Below, in pieces: positions 11,793 to 22,097 of a DNA stretch of 64,000 nt. This DNA comes from Cyanobacteriota bacterium (GTDB lineage Bacteria; Cyanobacteriota; Cyanobacteriia; Cyanobacteriales; Nostocaceae), in NCBI GenBank assembly GCA_046045965.1, contig JBJOKS010000013.1, forward strand, positions 73,490 to 137,489, in the 5' to 3' direction. Position 1 is the first letter of the stretch. Every line of letters begins with the position of its first letter. Under the pieces are notes generated by a model. The model did no database searches, was not told where the DNA came from, and saw only the letters and a list, made by a program, of their open reading frames with translations. Made by a program: the position numbers and the translations under genes.

Positions 11793-13154
11793 ATGGCACT
11801 GCCAATTGTAGCAATTATCGGTCGCCCCAATGTGGGCAAATCCACCTTAGTAAATCGTTTAGCCGGAGATCAAACGGCGATAGTTCATGATGAACCAGGT
11901 GTAACACGCGATCGCACTTATCGACCAGCATTTTGGAGCGATCGCGAATTTGTGGTAGTCGATACCGGCGGGTTAGTATTTAACGATGATACCGAATTTC
12001 TCCCTTTGATTCGTCAACAGGCAATGACGGCGCTATCAGAAGCCTGTGCAGCCATATTTGTAGTCGATGGCCAAGCAGGTCCCAACCAAGCAGATGAAGA
12101 AATCGCCCAATGGTTGCGTCAACAACCTGTTCCCGTCTTACTAGCTGTAAACAAATGTGAATCACCAGATCAAGGTATTATTCAAGCCAGTGAATTTTGG
12201 GAATTAGGATTAGGTGAACCTTACCCCATTTCTGCCATTCATGGTAGTGGTACTGGGGAGATCCTCGACGAGTTAATAAAACACATTCCCGATGTAAAAG
12301 ACCTAGAGGAAAATACAGAAATCAAAGTTGCCATTATTGGCCGTCCCAACGTTGGTAAATCAAGTTTATTAAATGCTTTCGTTGGTGAAGAACGGGCAAT
12401 AGTTAGCCCCATTTCAGGAACTACCCGCGACACAATTGATACTTTAGTTGAACGGGATGGACAGACTTACCGCTTAATTGATACTGCGGGAATTAGAAAA
12501 AAGAAACATATAGAATACGGTACGGAATTTTTCAGCATTAACCGCGCTTTTAAAGCCATTCGTCGTGCCGATGTGGTTTTATTGGTATTGGATGCTTTAG
12601 ATGGAGTCACCGAACAAGATCAAAAATTAGCCGGTCGCATTATCGAAGAAGGTCGCGCTTGCATTATTGTGGTTAATAAATGGGATGCCGTAGAAAAAGA
12701 CTCTTACACTATCTACGATTACGAAAAGAGTCTAGAAGCACGCTTGCATTTTACCGAATGGGCAGATACCATCTTTGTGAGCGCAGTTACAGGACAACGG
12801 GTAACAAAGATTTTAGAATTGGTGAATAAAGCTGCGGAAGCGCACAAACGCCGTGTTAGCACATCAGTAGTGAATGAAGTCCTTACAGACGCAGTGAGTT
12901 GGCATTCTCCACCAGCTTCACGCAGCGGAAAACAAGGTAAGATATATTATGGTACGCAAGTTAGTACCCAACCGCCAACATTTGCCTTATTTGTCAACGA
13001 TGCTCAACGGTTTAATGACAATTATCGCCGTTATATTGAAAGACAATTCCGCAAACAATTAGGTTTTGAAGGTACACCAATTCGTTTATTTTGGCGGAGT
13101 AAAAAAGTCCGGGAAATGGAAGTTGGTAGTGTCAATCGAGCAACTCGCGTGTAA
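11793..13154 (+). CDS. der: Ribosome biogenesis GTPase Der (EngA)
   Basis: Two GRPNVGKS P-loops, DTGG/DTAG, NKCE/NKWD. Confidence 0.97.
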   Translation: MALPIVAIIGRPNVGKSTLVNRLAGDQTAIVHDEPGVTRDRTYRPAFWSDREFVVVDTGGLVFNDDTEFLPLIRQQAMTALSEACAAIFVVDGQAGPNQADEEIAQWLRQQPVPVLLAVNKCESPDQGIIQASEFWELGLGEPYPISAIHGSGTGEILDELIKHIPDVKDLEENTEIKVAIIGRPNVGKSSLLNAFVGEERAIVSPISGTTRDTIDTLVERDGQTYRLIDTAGIRKKKHIEYGTEFFSINRAFKAIRRADVVLLVLDALDGVTEQDQKLAGRIIEEGRACIIVVNKWDAVEKDSYTIYDYEKSLEARLHFTEWADTIFVSAVTGQRVTKILELVNKAAEAHKRRVSTSVVNEVLTDAVSWHSPPASRSGKQGKIYYGTQVSTQPPTFALFVNDAQRFNDNYRRYIERQFRKQLGFEGTPIRLFWRSKKVREMEVGSVNRATRV

Positions 13155-13225
13155 TAGTAGTCATTATTCAGAGGTCATTCTCACCAGTGACTAATGACTA
13201 ATGACCAATGACTAATGACTAAAAT

Positions 13226-14155
13226 ATGGATTTACTGCGATCGCTTCCACTGGGATTATACTTAGAACAACCACAAACTTGGCTACACAAATTAGATCCA
13301 CGAGTCAAGTTAATTTGGTTGTTAAGTTTTCTCACTAGCTATGTTGTCGCTAACAACTATTGGCGCGTATTACTGGTATTACTGTTAATTATTTTTACAG
13401 TATTTGCCAAAATTCCCCTGAGAGTATGGCGGCAACAAATGGGCTGGCTATTAGTGCTATCATTTATGGTATTGGCGATCGGTGCGATCAGTCCAGATGG
13501 ACTAAGTATAAATTATCAATCACGCCTACCAGCAAATGAACAGGTTTTAACTCAACCACCAACGGCTAAAGATACCAAAAAGACTCCAGAAATAGTAGAT
13601 AGTAATAAAGAATATAGATATGTACTATTTCATCAAGGACCAATCAAAATAAATCGTCGTTCCTTAGATTTAGCAATTAGTTTGAGTACAATAGTTTTTA
13701 CTTTAATTTACAGCACTAATTTATATTTGCTGACAACTGCACCAGAAGAAATTACATCTGGGATGGAAAGCTTAATGCAACCGTTAAGAAGATTCAAAAT
13801 TCCAGTTACAGAAATTACCCTTACTTTAACTTTATCTTTGCGGTTTATTCCTTTAGTTTTAGAAGAAATTCAAAACCTAATACGTTCTGTAATGACTAGA
13901 GCAATTAATTGGAAAAAGCTAGGATTAAAAGGAGGTGCTAAAGTTTGGTTAATTGTCATTGAAAGACTATTGGAAAATTTGCTATTAAGAGCAGAACAAA
14001 TGGCAAATGCAATGATGGTAAGAGGTTTTACCAGTCCTAACGAACATCGAGTTAAATGGCAAGAGTTAAAATTAAGAACAGGTGATTGGTTAGCTATTGC
14101 AATTTTAATTGTATTTTGGGGGTTAAGAATAGCCTTTGGTACGGAAGTTTCTTAA
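13226..14155 (+). CDS. ECF transporter transmembrane component T (CbiQ/EcfT, Ycf92-like)
   Basis: LHKLDPRVKL, LSLRFIP, AMMVRGF. Confidence 0.88.
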   Translation: MDLLRSLPLGLYLEQPQTWLHKLDPRVKLIWLLSFLTSYVVANNYWRVLLVLLLIIFTVFAKIPLRVWRQQMGWLLVLSFMVLAIGAISPDGLSINYQSRLPANEQVLTQPPTAKDTKKTPEIVDSNKEYRYVLFHQGPIKINRRSLDLAISLSTIVFTLIYSTNLYLLTTAPEEITSGMESLMQPLRRFKIPVTEITLTLTLSLRFIPLVLEEIQNLIRSVMTRAINWKKLGLKGGAKVWLIVIERLLENLLLRAEQMANAMMVRGFTSPNEHRVKWQELKLRTGDWLAIAILIVFWGLRIAFGTEVS

Positions 14156-14270
14156 TATTTAATTGCGCTAATTTTTCAACTACAAGCTTGGTGTTAGACA
14201 AACTCAACTTTGAAATCATTCAACAATGAGACTGGAAGCATAACTTTGCCGTACCATTTTCTGTAACCTT

Positions 14271-14440
14271 ATCGCACTTTGGCTGTTTTTGTCCAGGTGC
14301 GTTTACTTTTTTTAATCACTGTCTGAATCAGGATGTCCAGGATTTTAGGATTTACAGGATGTTGATTTTCATAATTATGGCGATCGCACTTTGGCTTTTT
14401 TGACAATGTGCGTTTATTTTTTTAATAATTGTCTGATAGC
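14271..14440 (+). repeat. Degenerate ~60-bp direct repeat pair with internal AGGAT-type 9-mer repeats
   Basis: ATCGCACTTTGGCT...GTGCGTTTA.TTTTTTAAT...TGTCTGA at ~14271 and ~14383. Confidence 0.7.
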
Positions 14441-14611
14441 GAAGCGTGGCGCAATCCATATCAGAATTTACAAGACTTTAATTTATGAAACAAGTGTAGT
14501 TATTATTTGTTACATTACGACCCTTGGCTAATGCTAAAAAGCGATTAAACTATATATCTAGCCAGGAAATAAATTCCCTGGCTTTCAGATTTTCTCACAA
14601 ACAAATAAAAA

Positions 14612-14685
14612 TGGACGTAACTGGATTCGAACCAGTGACCCCATCGATGTCAACGATGTACTCTAACCAACTGAGCTATACGTCC
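14612..14685 (-). tRNA. tRNA-Val(GAC)
   Basis: GGACGTATAGCTCAGTTGGTTAGAGTACATCGTTGACATCGATGGGGTCACTGGTTCGAATCCAGTTACGTCCA folds as a cloverleaf with GAC anticodon; CCA not encoded. Confidence 0.97.
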
Positions 14686-14761
14686 TTAGCCAAAGCAATT
14701 TCTATCATAGCATATATATTTTCCAGGTCAAGAGCAAAATGCAACTAATGGCAAAAAGTAT

Positions 14762-15400
14762 TTAGCTCCTCGAACCTTCCACCACTTCCAACAAACTCCG
14801 CAACATCCAATAAGCAGAAGTTCCCCCTGGATCTTGATGTCCGATACTGCGATCGCCCAAATAACTGGCTCTACCCTTCTTTGCTAACATTGGTATAGTA
14901 GCCTTTAACCCACATTCCGCAGCAGTTACAGCTAACCGCAAAGCTTCCACAGTTCCCATACCTTCATTTACAGCTTGCTCAAAAGCCGTTACAGATGGAG
15001 ACAGCACATCAACCATTGTCTTATCTCCTAACTGCGCCTTACCACGCTCAACTACCCCATCTAAACCAGATTGAAGTAAACTTAACATATCTTTTGCAGT
15101 TAATTCCTGCTTATCAGCAGTGGCGGAACTAGCTCTTAAAAACCAAGTTCCATACAAAGGACCACTTGCACCACCAACGCTGGATATCAAAGTCATGCTG
15201 ACGGTTTTAAAAATGCTGCTGATATCCTTACCTGCAACACTCGGTAAAATACTCTTGACCTTCTTAAAACCTCTATCCATATTGATACCATGATCAGCAT
15301 CACCTATGGCTGCATCTAATTCCGTCAAATCTTCTTTATGATGCTCAATCACAGAAGCAAACACCATTAACCATTCAACAATTTGCACCTGAGTAACCAT
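14762..15400 (-). CDS. dhaL: Dihydroxyacetone kinase subunit L
   Basis: LDAAIGDADHG, GGASGPLYG, GDKTMVD, KGRASYLG; ATG at 15400 just after dhaK stop. Confidence 0.93.
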   Translation of the reverse strand: MVTQVQIVEWLMVFASVIEHHKEDLTELDAAIGDADHGINMDRGFKKVKSILPSVAGKDISSIFKTVSMTLISSVGGASGPLYGTWFLRASSATADKQELTAKDMLSLLQSGLDGVVERGKAQLGDKTMVDVLSPSVTAFEQAVNEGMGTVEALRLAVTAAECGLKATIPMLAKKGRASYLGDRSIGHQDPGGTSAYWMLRSLLEVVEGSRS

Positions 15401-15401
15401 T

Positions 15402-16475
15402 TCATACTCCCCAGCGTAAACTTGCGGTTTTAACTGGTGCATCCCATAACCGTAACATCTCTTCGTCTAACTTCAGCAGAGTGATGGAGCAACCTTGCAT
15501 TTCTAATGATGTCATGTAGGGTCCAATTAGATTACGCACTATTTGCAGTCCTTCCATCTCACAAATTTCTGCTAGTTTGCGGTAGACCAGATAAAGTTCA
15601 GAAACGGGAGTACCACCCATACTGTTAACATAAGCTAAGAGGCGATCGCCTTTTTGCAAGGGTTTATTTAACAGTTCCACATCTACCCATCCTTCCTTGC
15701 TTTCGTCCCATTCCCGCACTGTGCGACTATAGGCATTATCATCAATGAGTGATTGCACTAAAATCTCTGTAATTTCATCCCCAGAATTCATAGAAACCCT
15801 TTCTCGTCCTGGTTCTCCATGAATCCCTATTCCCAATTCTATTTGATCATCTTCCAAAGCAAAAGTCGGTGTACCCTTAGCAGGAACAGTACAAGAACTC
15901 AACGCTACCCCTACACTGCGGCCATGCAAATTCACCTTTCTACACAAATCTGCAACCTGCTGCAAATCATAACCTTTTTCCGCTGCGGCTCCACAAATTT
16001 TTTCTGCCAGTACCGTTGTTCCTACACCCCTTCTTCCTTGGGTATATAAACTATCTTTCACTGCCACATCATCATCAATGATAATATTCAAAGTGCGGAT
16101 ACCTTCACTTCTGGCTAATTCCGTTGCCATTTCAAAATTCATCACATCGCCACTATAATTTTTGACAATATAAAGAATACCCGCACCTCCATCTACCCGT
16201 TCCGCTGCTGCTAACATTTGATCAGGAGTTGGTGAGGTGAAAACCTCTCCAGGACAAGCAGCATCAAGCATTCCCTGACCTACAAAACCCGCGTGCATCG
16301 GTTCGTGACCACTTCCACCACCAGAAATAATTGCTACTTTTCCCTGTATAGGTGCATCGGCTCGATAGATAAAAGTAGGCTCATAATTTACCTGAATTAA
16401 ATCGCTATGAGCCGCCGCCATTCCTGCTAGACTTTCCTTTACAAAGTCTTCTGGTTGATTAATCAGCTTTTTCAT
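15402..16475 (-). CDS. dhaK: Dihydroxyacetone kinase subunit K
   Basis: [28 protein letters not shown]. Confidence 0.94.
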   Translation of the reverse strand: MKKLINQPEDFVKESLAGMAAAHSDLIQVNYEPTFIYRADAPIQGKVAIISGGGSGHEPMHAGFVGQGMLDAACPGEVFTSPTPDQMLAAAERVDGGAGILYIVKNYSGDVMNFEMATELARSEGIRTLNIIIDDDVAVKDSLYTQGRRGVGTTVLAEKICGAAAEKGYDLQQVADLCRKVNLHGRSVGVALSSCTVPAKGTPTFALEDDQIELGIGIHGEPGRERVSMNSGDEITEILVQSLIDDNAYSRTVREWDESKEGWVDVELLNKPLQKGDRLLAYVNSMGGTPVSELYLVYRKLAEICEMEGLQIVRNLIGPYMTSLEMQGCSITLLKLDEEMLRLWDAPVKTASLRWGV

Positions 16476-16609
16476 GATTTCTATTGGCAAAGGTGCTAAA
16501 AATCAGGATAAACTTTTACAGCACCAAATTTCAGCATTTTTGCTTATAGAAGGGAACTCTTAACAGGGAATAGTGTTGAAACTTCTTTGGAATCTGAATT
16601 TGATTTCTG

Positions 16610-17146
16610 TCACCTGTCACCTGCTACAACATTATTTAGTTTCAAGAAACTATCAAAAGCATACCAAGCTAAAACATACCAAGGAATTACTTCTAATTGC
16701 AGACCTTTAATCATTAACTGTCTCACAGCTAAGATACTCAATCCAAAGGGAAACAGAAAACGTAAATCAACAGTACCATCTGTAGCACGTTCAACTCGTT
16801 GGTTTAAGTCAATAACTGCATTAGATATACCCGTTGCTGCTTCTGTTTTACCTTGGGTAATATCTGCAAAAATTATGCCTATATCTTTTAGTGTTGCCAA
16901 AATTTCTGATAAAGCACCAGTTTGGGCATCATGATTAATAAGAATACTACCATGATGGATATTAGTTCGCACTTGAGTAATGTGAGGTTGTGCTGTTAAA
17001 AAATTGGCGATATGTTGTATTTTATCAGCTTGGCGGTTTTCCGGTGCAATTCTCAACCGTAGTCTTCCTGGAGTATCACTGACAATTTTTGTAGCTATGG
17101 GATTAAATGGTGTATTTAAACTTGCTTTCTCTGTAATTTCGAGCAT
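16610..17146 (-). CDS. HMA2-like domain membrane protein
   Basis: DTPGRLRLR...GSILI fold shared with N-domains of proteins at 55-64 kb; C-terminal hydrophobic PWYVLAWYAF. Confidence 0.75.
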   Translation of the reverse strand: MLEITEKASLNTPFNPIATKIVSDTPGRLRLRIAPENRQADKIQHIANFLTAQPHITQVRTNIHHGSILINHDAQTGALSEILATLKDIGIIFADITQGKTEAATGISNAVIDLNQRVERATDGTVDLRFLFPFGLSILAVRQLMIKGLQLEVIPWYVLAWYAFDSFLKLNNVVAGDR

Positions 17147-17179
17147 ATTTTAAACCTTTACCATGCAAAATTCATAATG

Positions 17180-17280
17180 GAAGCATTCAGCTAATAGCTA
17201 CGTCACGCTACTTTCTCGATGTTGAGTTTGGATATAAATTGTCTTGGCTGATAGCTGATAGCTGACGGCTGAATGCTTAC
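17180..17280. repeat. Short inverted-repeat element AAGCATTCAGC...GCTGAATGCTT containing GCTGATA STRR
   Basis: Terminal inverted repeats; shorter copy at 19265-19302. Confidence 0.6.
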
Positions 17281-17287
17281 TTACTAA

Positions 17288-17575
17288 TTACGAATTAGGT
17301 TGATTTTCAGCAGCTTCAAATGTAGGTGTATGTTGTTCTTCTGCTATTTCGGCTCTAGCTTCAGCGACAATATCTTCCCACGTTTCACCCAATTCTGCAA
17401 AAGCTCCCTTGCTTTTTTCATAAGCAACAAGTCCGCCTTTGATGATTGATTTAGCTATTGGTTTACCAATTCCTGCGACAACAGGGACTACCACAGGAGC
17501 AAGTAATACTGCACCAATTCCGGCTATAATTCCAGGAGCGCCAGCATCTTCTACAAAATCAGTAATTTTTGCCAT
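17288..17575 (-). CDS. DUF5132-like small membrane protein (GxxxG helix)
   Basis: GIIAGIGAVLLAP...KPIAKSIIKGG...EARAE; GGAGG RBS; paralog begins at 63929. Confidence 0.75.
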   Translation of the reverse strand: MAKITDFVEDAGAPGIIAGIGAVLLAPVVVPVVAGIGKPIAKSIIKGGLVAYEKSKGAFAELGETWEDIVAEARAEIAEEQHTPTFEAAENQPNS

Positions 17576-17798
17576 ATTAAATCAACCTCCAATAAGTTAG
17601 AGAATCTTAAATAAGCTTTTTAATTTACTCTAATTTCTTTCATAAAATCCTCTTACTACTGGTAGAGGTTTTCAGAAGTCAGGAGATAAGATGTTTTTAC
17701 ACAACTTTAGTTATACGTAAGTAATATTATATTTACACGGTTAATCCAAGGTGATATTATACCAGAATAATCAAAATGATTCCTGCTTTTGCCTCACC

Positions 17799-18330
17799 AT
17801 GTCAGCATCTACAGATGAATCTCAAAGTAATATTACTATCAGCGATCAACCTGCTGGAAAAGATAGTCTAGGTTTGACACCCTATGTCATCGCTATGACT
17901 GAATTTTTAACCCATCCTGACACCAAACCACCGCTAACTATTTCTATTGAAGGTGAATGGGGAAGCGGTAAATCTTCCTTTATGGAGCAATTGGAAGAAC
18001 AGATAAAAGTGAAGTCTAAAGAGGTGAGAAAACAAGAGTTACAAAAAGTCAGGAAGAATCTCAAAATTGATAGCGATTTATCAGAGATATGGAAATTTTT
18101 ACAATTACGCTTTGGACAAGAAACTCAAACAGTTTGGTTTAATGCTTGGAGACATGAAAAAGCTGCTGATTTATTACAAGCTTTAAATATGATGATTTCT
18201 AATGATCCGCAGATAATTTTTATCTTGGGTATGGATCGGGAAAAGGTAGCAGCGGGGATAACATATAAACAGAAGAATGTACTTCCGTATTTAGCTTCTA
18301 TTAGAGGAAAAAACCAAGATTCAACAGAAT
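17799..18330 (+). pseudogene. Internally deleted KAP-family NTPase, paralog of 22098-24476
   Basis: Walker A GEWGSGKS retained; WFNAWRHEKA joined directly to ADLLQALNMM, so TMs and Walker B are lost; then runs into a different frame. Confidence 0.85.
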
Positions 18331-18342
18331 CAGGAGTTGATT

Positions 18343-18630
18343 ATGAAATTATCAGAAATGTATCAACAATTATTGGAAGAACTGAAAGAAGAACAAAGAC
18401 AAGAAGGAAGAGAAGAAGGTCGTCAAGAAGGTCGTCAAGAAGGTCGGCAAGAAGGAGAAATAAGAGAACGTCGTGCAATGGTGGAAAGTATTTTACAAGT
18501 AAGGTTTGGAGAAGTTGATCCTGAATTAGCAAACATTATTGATCAGGTAATTACCATGTCTAGAGATAAATTTACTCCACTACTTTTAAATTTATCTCGT
18601 GCAGATTTATTAAATAGGTTTACAAACTAG
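18343..18630 (+). CDS. Standalone C-terminal module of Rpn-like protein (95 aa)
   Basis: Closely similar to 25277-25576; AGGAG RBS 6 nt before ATG; QEGR repeats. Confidence 0.6.
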   Translation: MKLSEMYQQLLEELKEEQRQEGREEGRQEGRQEGRQEGEIRERRAMVESILQVRFGEVDPELANIIDQVITMSRDKFTPLLLNLSRADLLNRFTN

Positions 18631-18698
18631 CTACAAACTAGCTATTCAAAAAATCAATGGTGAGATGATTATCATTTTTAATCTATCTCACCTGTCAC

Positions 18699-19226
18699 CT
18701 ACTTAACTATCCTGGCTTGATATTCAGCCTCAGTCATCAATTCCTCAGTAGATTCTACTCTATCTAAAAATACCTTGCCTTCCAAATGATCATACTCGTG
18801 TTGAAAAATTCGAGCGATGAAATCAGTTAATTCTTGCTTTTGTATCTTTCCATGACGGTTAGTATATTCAATTTCAATCTTCTGATATCTAGGAACTAAA
18901 CCCCTAATTCCCGGAACACTTAAACAACCTTCCCAGCCTTTGACAACTTCCGTTGAATGACCAATAATTTGCGGATTAATCATTGCTGTTGGTTCCATTT
19001 CCGGTGCATCGGGATATCTGGAATTAGGACGAGAAGCAACAATAAATAAACGATAGGATGCTGCTACTTGAGGTGCAGCAATTCCCACACCATTAGCTTG
19101 GGAAACCGTAGCTATTAAATCATCAATGAGTTTTTGAATATGCTGATCATCAATGTTTGCCACCAAAGCAGCTTTTCGTCGTAATATCGGATTACCTAAT
19201 TGGATGATTGGTACTTTTTCACTCAT
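18699..19226 (-). CDS. def: Peptide deformylase
   Basis: GVGIAAPQ, EGCLS, QHEYDHL. Confidence 0.96.
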   Translation of the reverse strand: MSEKVPIIQLGNPILRRKAALVANIDDQHIQKLIDDLIATVSQANGVGIAAPQVAASYRLFIVASRPNSRYPDAPEMEPTAMINPQIIGHSTEVVKGWEGCLSVPGIRGLVPRYQKIEIEYTNRHGKIQKQELTDFIARIFQHEYDHLEGKVFLDRVESTEELMTEAEYQARIVK

Positions 19227-19305
19227 TTTTAAACCTCCTGTAATTTAAAACTCTTGTAAACATGGTAAGCATTCAGCCGTTAGCTAATGACTGAATGCTG
19301 ACAAA

Positions 19306-20565
19306 TTAAGTATCACGTCTAATTGGTAAAGGTGCCGGTCTGACTGTTAATTGAACAATTGTTCCATTCCGTTCTACTTGGACTTCGAGAGGAGTACCAA
19401 TTTGACTTTTTTCTACTAGCTTTTGGACTTCATCAACTTTAGTTACAGGTTGATTATTAATGCTTTTAATTACATCCCCTGGTCTGAGTCCACCAATTGC
19501 GGCTGGTGATTGAGGAACAATTCTTACTAACAAAACGCCTTGATCTGCAATTAAATTTACTCTATCACCTAATCTACTAATGATTCTTTCCTTAACTTCT
19601 GGTGTGAGCGTCATCATTTGCACACCCAAATAAGGATGATCTACCCTACCTTTGCTAATTAATTCTTGAGAAATTTTCTGCACTGTATTAATAGGAATTG
19701 CAAACCCTAAACCTTGAGCGCCTTGAATAATAGCGGTGTTCATTCCTATTACTTCACCACGAATATTAAGCAGTGGACCACCAGAATTGCCAGGATTAAT
19801 TGCTGCATCTGTTTGTAAATAATCCACCCGCTTATCACTAGCACCAATGTCACTACTAGAACGGTCTGTAGCACTCAGAATTCCTGAAGTAACGGTATTA
19901 TTTAAACCCAAAGGATTACCAATAGCAATTACCGCTTCTCCTGGTTGCAAGGTACTGGAATTACCTAAAGCTAGAGTTGGTAGATTATTAGCCTCAATTT
20001 GGATGACGGCTACATCTGTAACTGGATCTTCTCCTAATACTTTGCCCTCAAAATTACGACCGTCTTTGAGTGTAACTGTAACTTGATCTGCGCCATCTAC
20101 GACATGAGAATTAGTCAAAATTTGCCCAGAAGAATTAATAATAAATCCAGAACCGCTACCCCTTTCTACTCTTTGTCTCTGCTGTGGGATTCTGTCACCA
20201 AAAAACCTGCGGAAAAATGGATCGGAAAATTCATCTGGTACTTGAGATGTAACAGTTCTAGCCGAATCAATACGAACAACAGCACCTCCAACTTTTTGTA
20301 CTACTCCCACGACAAAGTTAGGATTACCAGAAGATGCGATGATAGCAGGAGGCATAATTACTGAAGTTGGGTTAGTAGTCTTTTGGACTTGAGCCATGCC
20401 TTGTTCCGCTTCTAAGGTTCTACTATTTAAGTTAGAGCAGCCACTAAGAACCAATGCGGCTAAACCAGTGATTAACATCCATCCTTTTGCTTTTGCTCCC
20501 CTTTGGTGGATCAAAAGCGTGGTATCAATATGTTTAGACGTTAGGTTATGATTATTCGTTTTCAT
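19306..20565 (-). CDS. HtrA/HhoA-family serine protease with PDZ domain
   Basis: GSGSGF, TNSHVV, GNSGGPL; lipobox-like LSGC. Confidence 0.92.
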   Translation of the reverse strand: MKTNNHNLTSKHIDTTLLIHQRGAKAKGWMLITGLAALVLSGCSNLNSRTLEAEQGMAQVQKTTNPTSVIMPPAIIASSGNPNFVVGVVQKVGGAVVRIDSARTVTSQVPDEFSDPFFRRFFGDRIPQQRQRVERGSGSGFIINSSGQILTNSHVVDGADQVTVTLKDGRNFEGKVLGEDPVTDVAVIQIEANNLPTLALGNSSTLQPGEAVIAIGNPLGLNNTVTSGILSATDRSSSDIGASDKRVDYLQTDAAINPGNSGGPLLNIRGEVIGMNTAIIQGAQGLGFAIPINTVQKISQELISKGRVDHPYLGVQMMTLTPEVKERIISRLGDRVNLIADQGVLLVRIVPQSPAAIGGLRPGDVIKSINNQPVTKVDEVQKLVEKSQIGTPLEVQVERNGTIVQLTVRPAPLPIRRDT

Positions 20566-20706
20566 GATGTACTTTTTTCTCCGTGTTAGTCACTAAGTGG
20601 TAGGATATTGGCTACCTGGTTTAAACCAGAATGATTACAGTTTAAAGTTAAATAATTGTTTGCTCATATCTTCTTCTATTGTGGCAATTAGCAGCAAAGT
20701 TTGTAG

Positions 20707-22086
20707 ATGATGGAAATTCCCATAGACAATCTGTGGCATCAAGTGCTAGAGCGTTTACAGCTAGAGCTATCTCGTCCTACCTTTGAAACTTGGATTAAAA
20801 CTGCTAATGCAGAACAGTTAGAAAATAATTGCTTAGTGATATCTACTCCTAACTTATTTGCGCGGAATTGGCTGCAAAAGTATTACATCAATACTATTGC
20901 TCGTGTGGTGCAAGATATTTTAGGTTATCCAGTAGAAATTTACATTACTGTTGCTCAAGGTGATGAAGTTTCTCCTTTAGATAAACAAGAGGTAGGTTGG
21001 GAATTACCAGCAGTCAATCCTATTACCCCAAATGTACCCAAAAACCCACAAAAAAGTACAGAATTAAATTCTAAGTACGTTTTTTCCAGATTTGTGGTTG
21101 GTGCTAATAATCGTATGGCTCATGCGGCTTCTTTAGCAGTAGCAGAATATCCAGGTAGGGAATTTAATCCTTTATTTTTATGCGGTGGTGTGGGTTTAGG
21201 AAAAACTCATTTAATGCAGGCTATTGGTAATTATCGCTGGGAAATTTATCCTGATTCTAAAATATTTTATGTTTCTACTGAGCAGTTTACTAATGATTTA
21301 ATTACTGCTATTCGTAATGATAGTATGCAAAGTTTTCGGGAGCATTACCGAGCGGCTGATGTTTTGTTAGTTGATGATATTCAATTTCTGGAAGGTAAAG
21401 AATATACTCAAGAAGAATTTTTTCATACTTTTAATACTTTGCATGAGGCTGGTAAGCAAGTTGTGATTGCTTCTGACCGTCCTCCTAAACAAATTCCTAG
21501 TTTGCAAGAACGGCTTTGTTCGCGGTTTTCGATGGGGTTAATTGCAGATATTCAAACGCCGGATTTAGAAACGCGGATGGCAATTTTGCAAAAAAAAGCT
21601 GAGTATGAAAATATTCGTTTACCCAGAGATGTAATTGAATATATTGCTTATAATTATACTTCTAATATTAGAGAATTGGAAGGAGCTTTAATTCGGGCTT
21701 TGGCTTATATTTCTATTTGGGGTTTACCCATGACTGTGGAAAATATTACCCCGGTTTTAGGCACTCCTAGCGAGAAATTGGAAGCAACACCAGAGGTAAT
21801 TTTAAATGTGATAGCTGATTTTTTTAAGCTCTCAATTGAAGATTTAAAAAGTAATTCCCGCAGGAGAGAAATTAGCTGGGCTAGACAAATTGGTATGTAT
21901 TTAATGCGTCAATATACAGGATTAAGTTTACCAAGAATTGGTGAAGAGTTTGGAGGGAAAGACCATACAACGGTGATGTATAGTTGTGAGAAAATTACAC
22001 AACTTCAGGAGACAGATAAGAGTTTAATGCAAACTTTACGACAATTGAGCGATCGCATTAACATGAATAGTCGTTATCAAAAATAG
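20707..22086 (+). CDS. dnaA: Chromosomal replication initiator DnaA
   Basis: [30 protein letters not shown]. Confidence 0.98.
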   Translation: MMEIPIDNLWHQVLERLQLELSRPTFETWIKTANAEQLENNCLVISTPNLFARNWLQKYYINTIARVVQDILGYPVEIYITVAQGDEVSPLDKQEVGWELPAVNPITPNVPKNPQKSTELNSKYVFSRFVVGANNRMAHAASLAVAEYPGREFNPLFLCGGVGLGKTHLMQAIGNYRWEIYPDSKIFYVSTEQFTNDLITAIRNDSMQSFREHYRAADVLLVDDIQFLEGKEYTQEEFFHTFNTLHEAGKQVVIASDRPPKQIPSLQERLCSRFSMGLIADIQTPDLETRMAILQKKAEYENIRLPRDVIEYIAYNYTSNIRELEGALIRALAYISIWGLPMTVENITPVLGTPSEKLEATPEVILNVIADFFKLSIEDLKSNSRRREISWARQIGMYLMRQYTGLSLPRIGEEFGGKDHTTVMYSCEKITQLQETDKSLMQTLRQLSDRINMNSRYQK

Positions 22087-22097
22087 GAGTTGAGAAG

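Noticed and set aside
14612..14685. tRNA-Val as attachment site of an integrated element
   Set aside because: No integrase and no duplicated tRNA 3' end noticed in the window
14524..14748. 74-aa ORF
   Set aside because: Antisense to tRNA-Val; no coding features
17751..18518. 255-aa ORF with Arg/Ser-rich tail as a real protein
   Set aside because: The tail is the out-of-frame reading of QEGR repeats after a deletion junction; treated as a pseudogene
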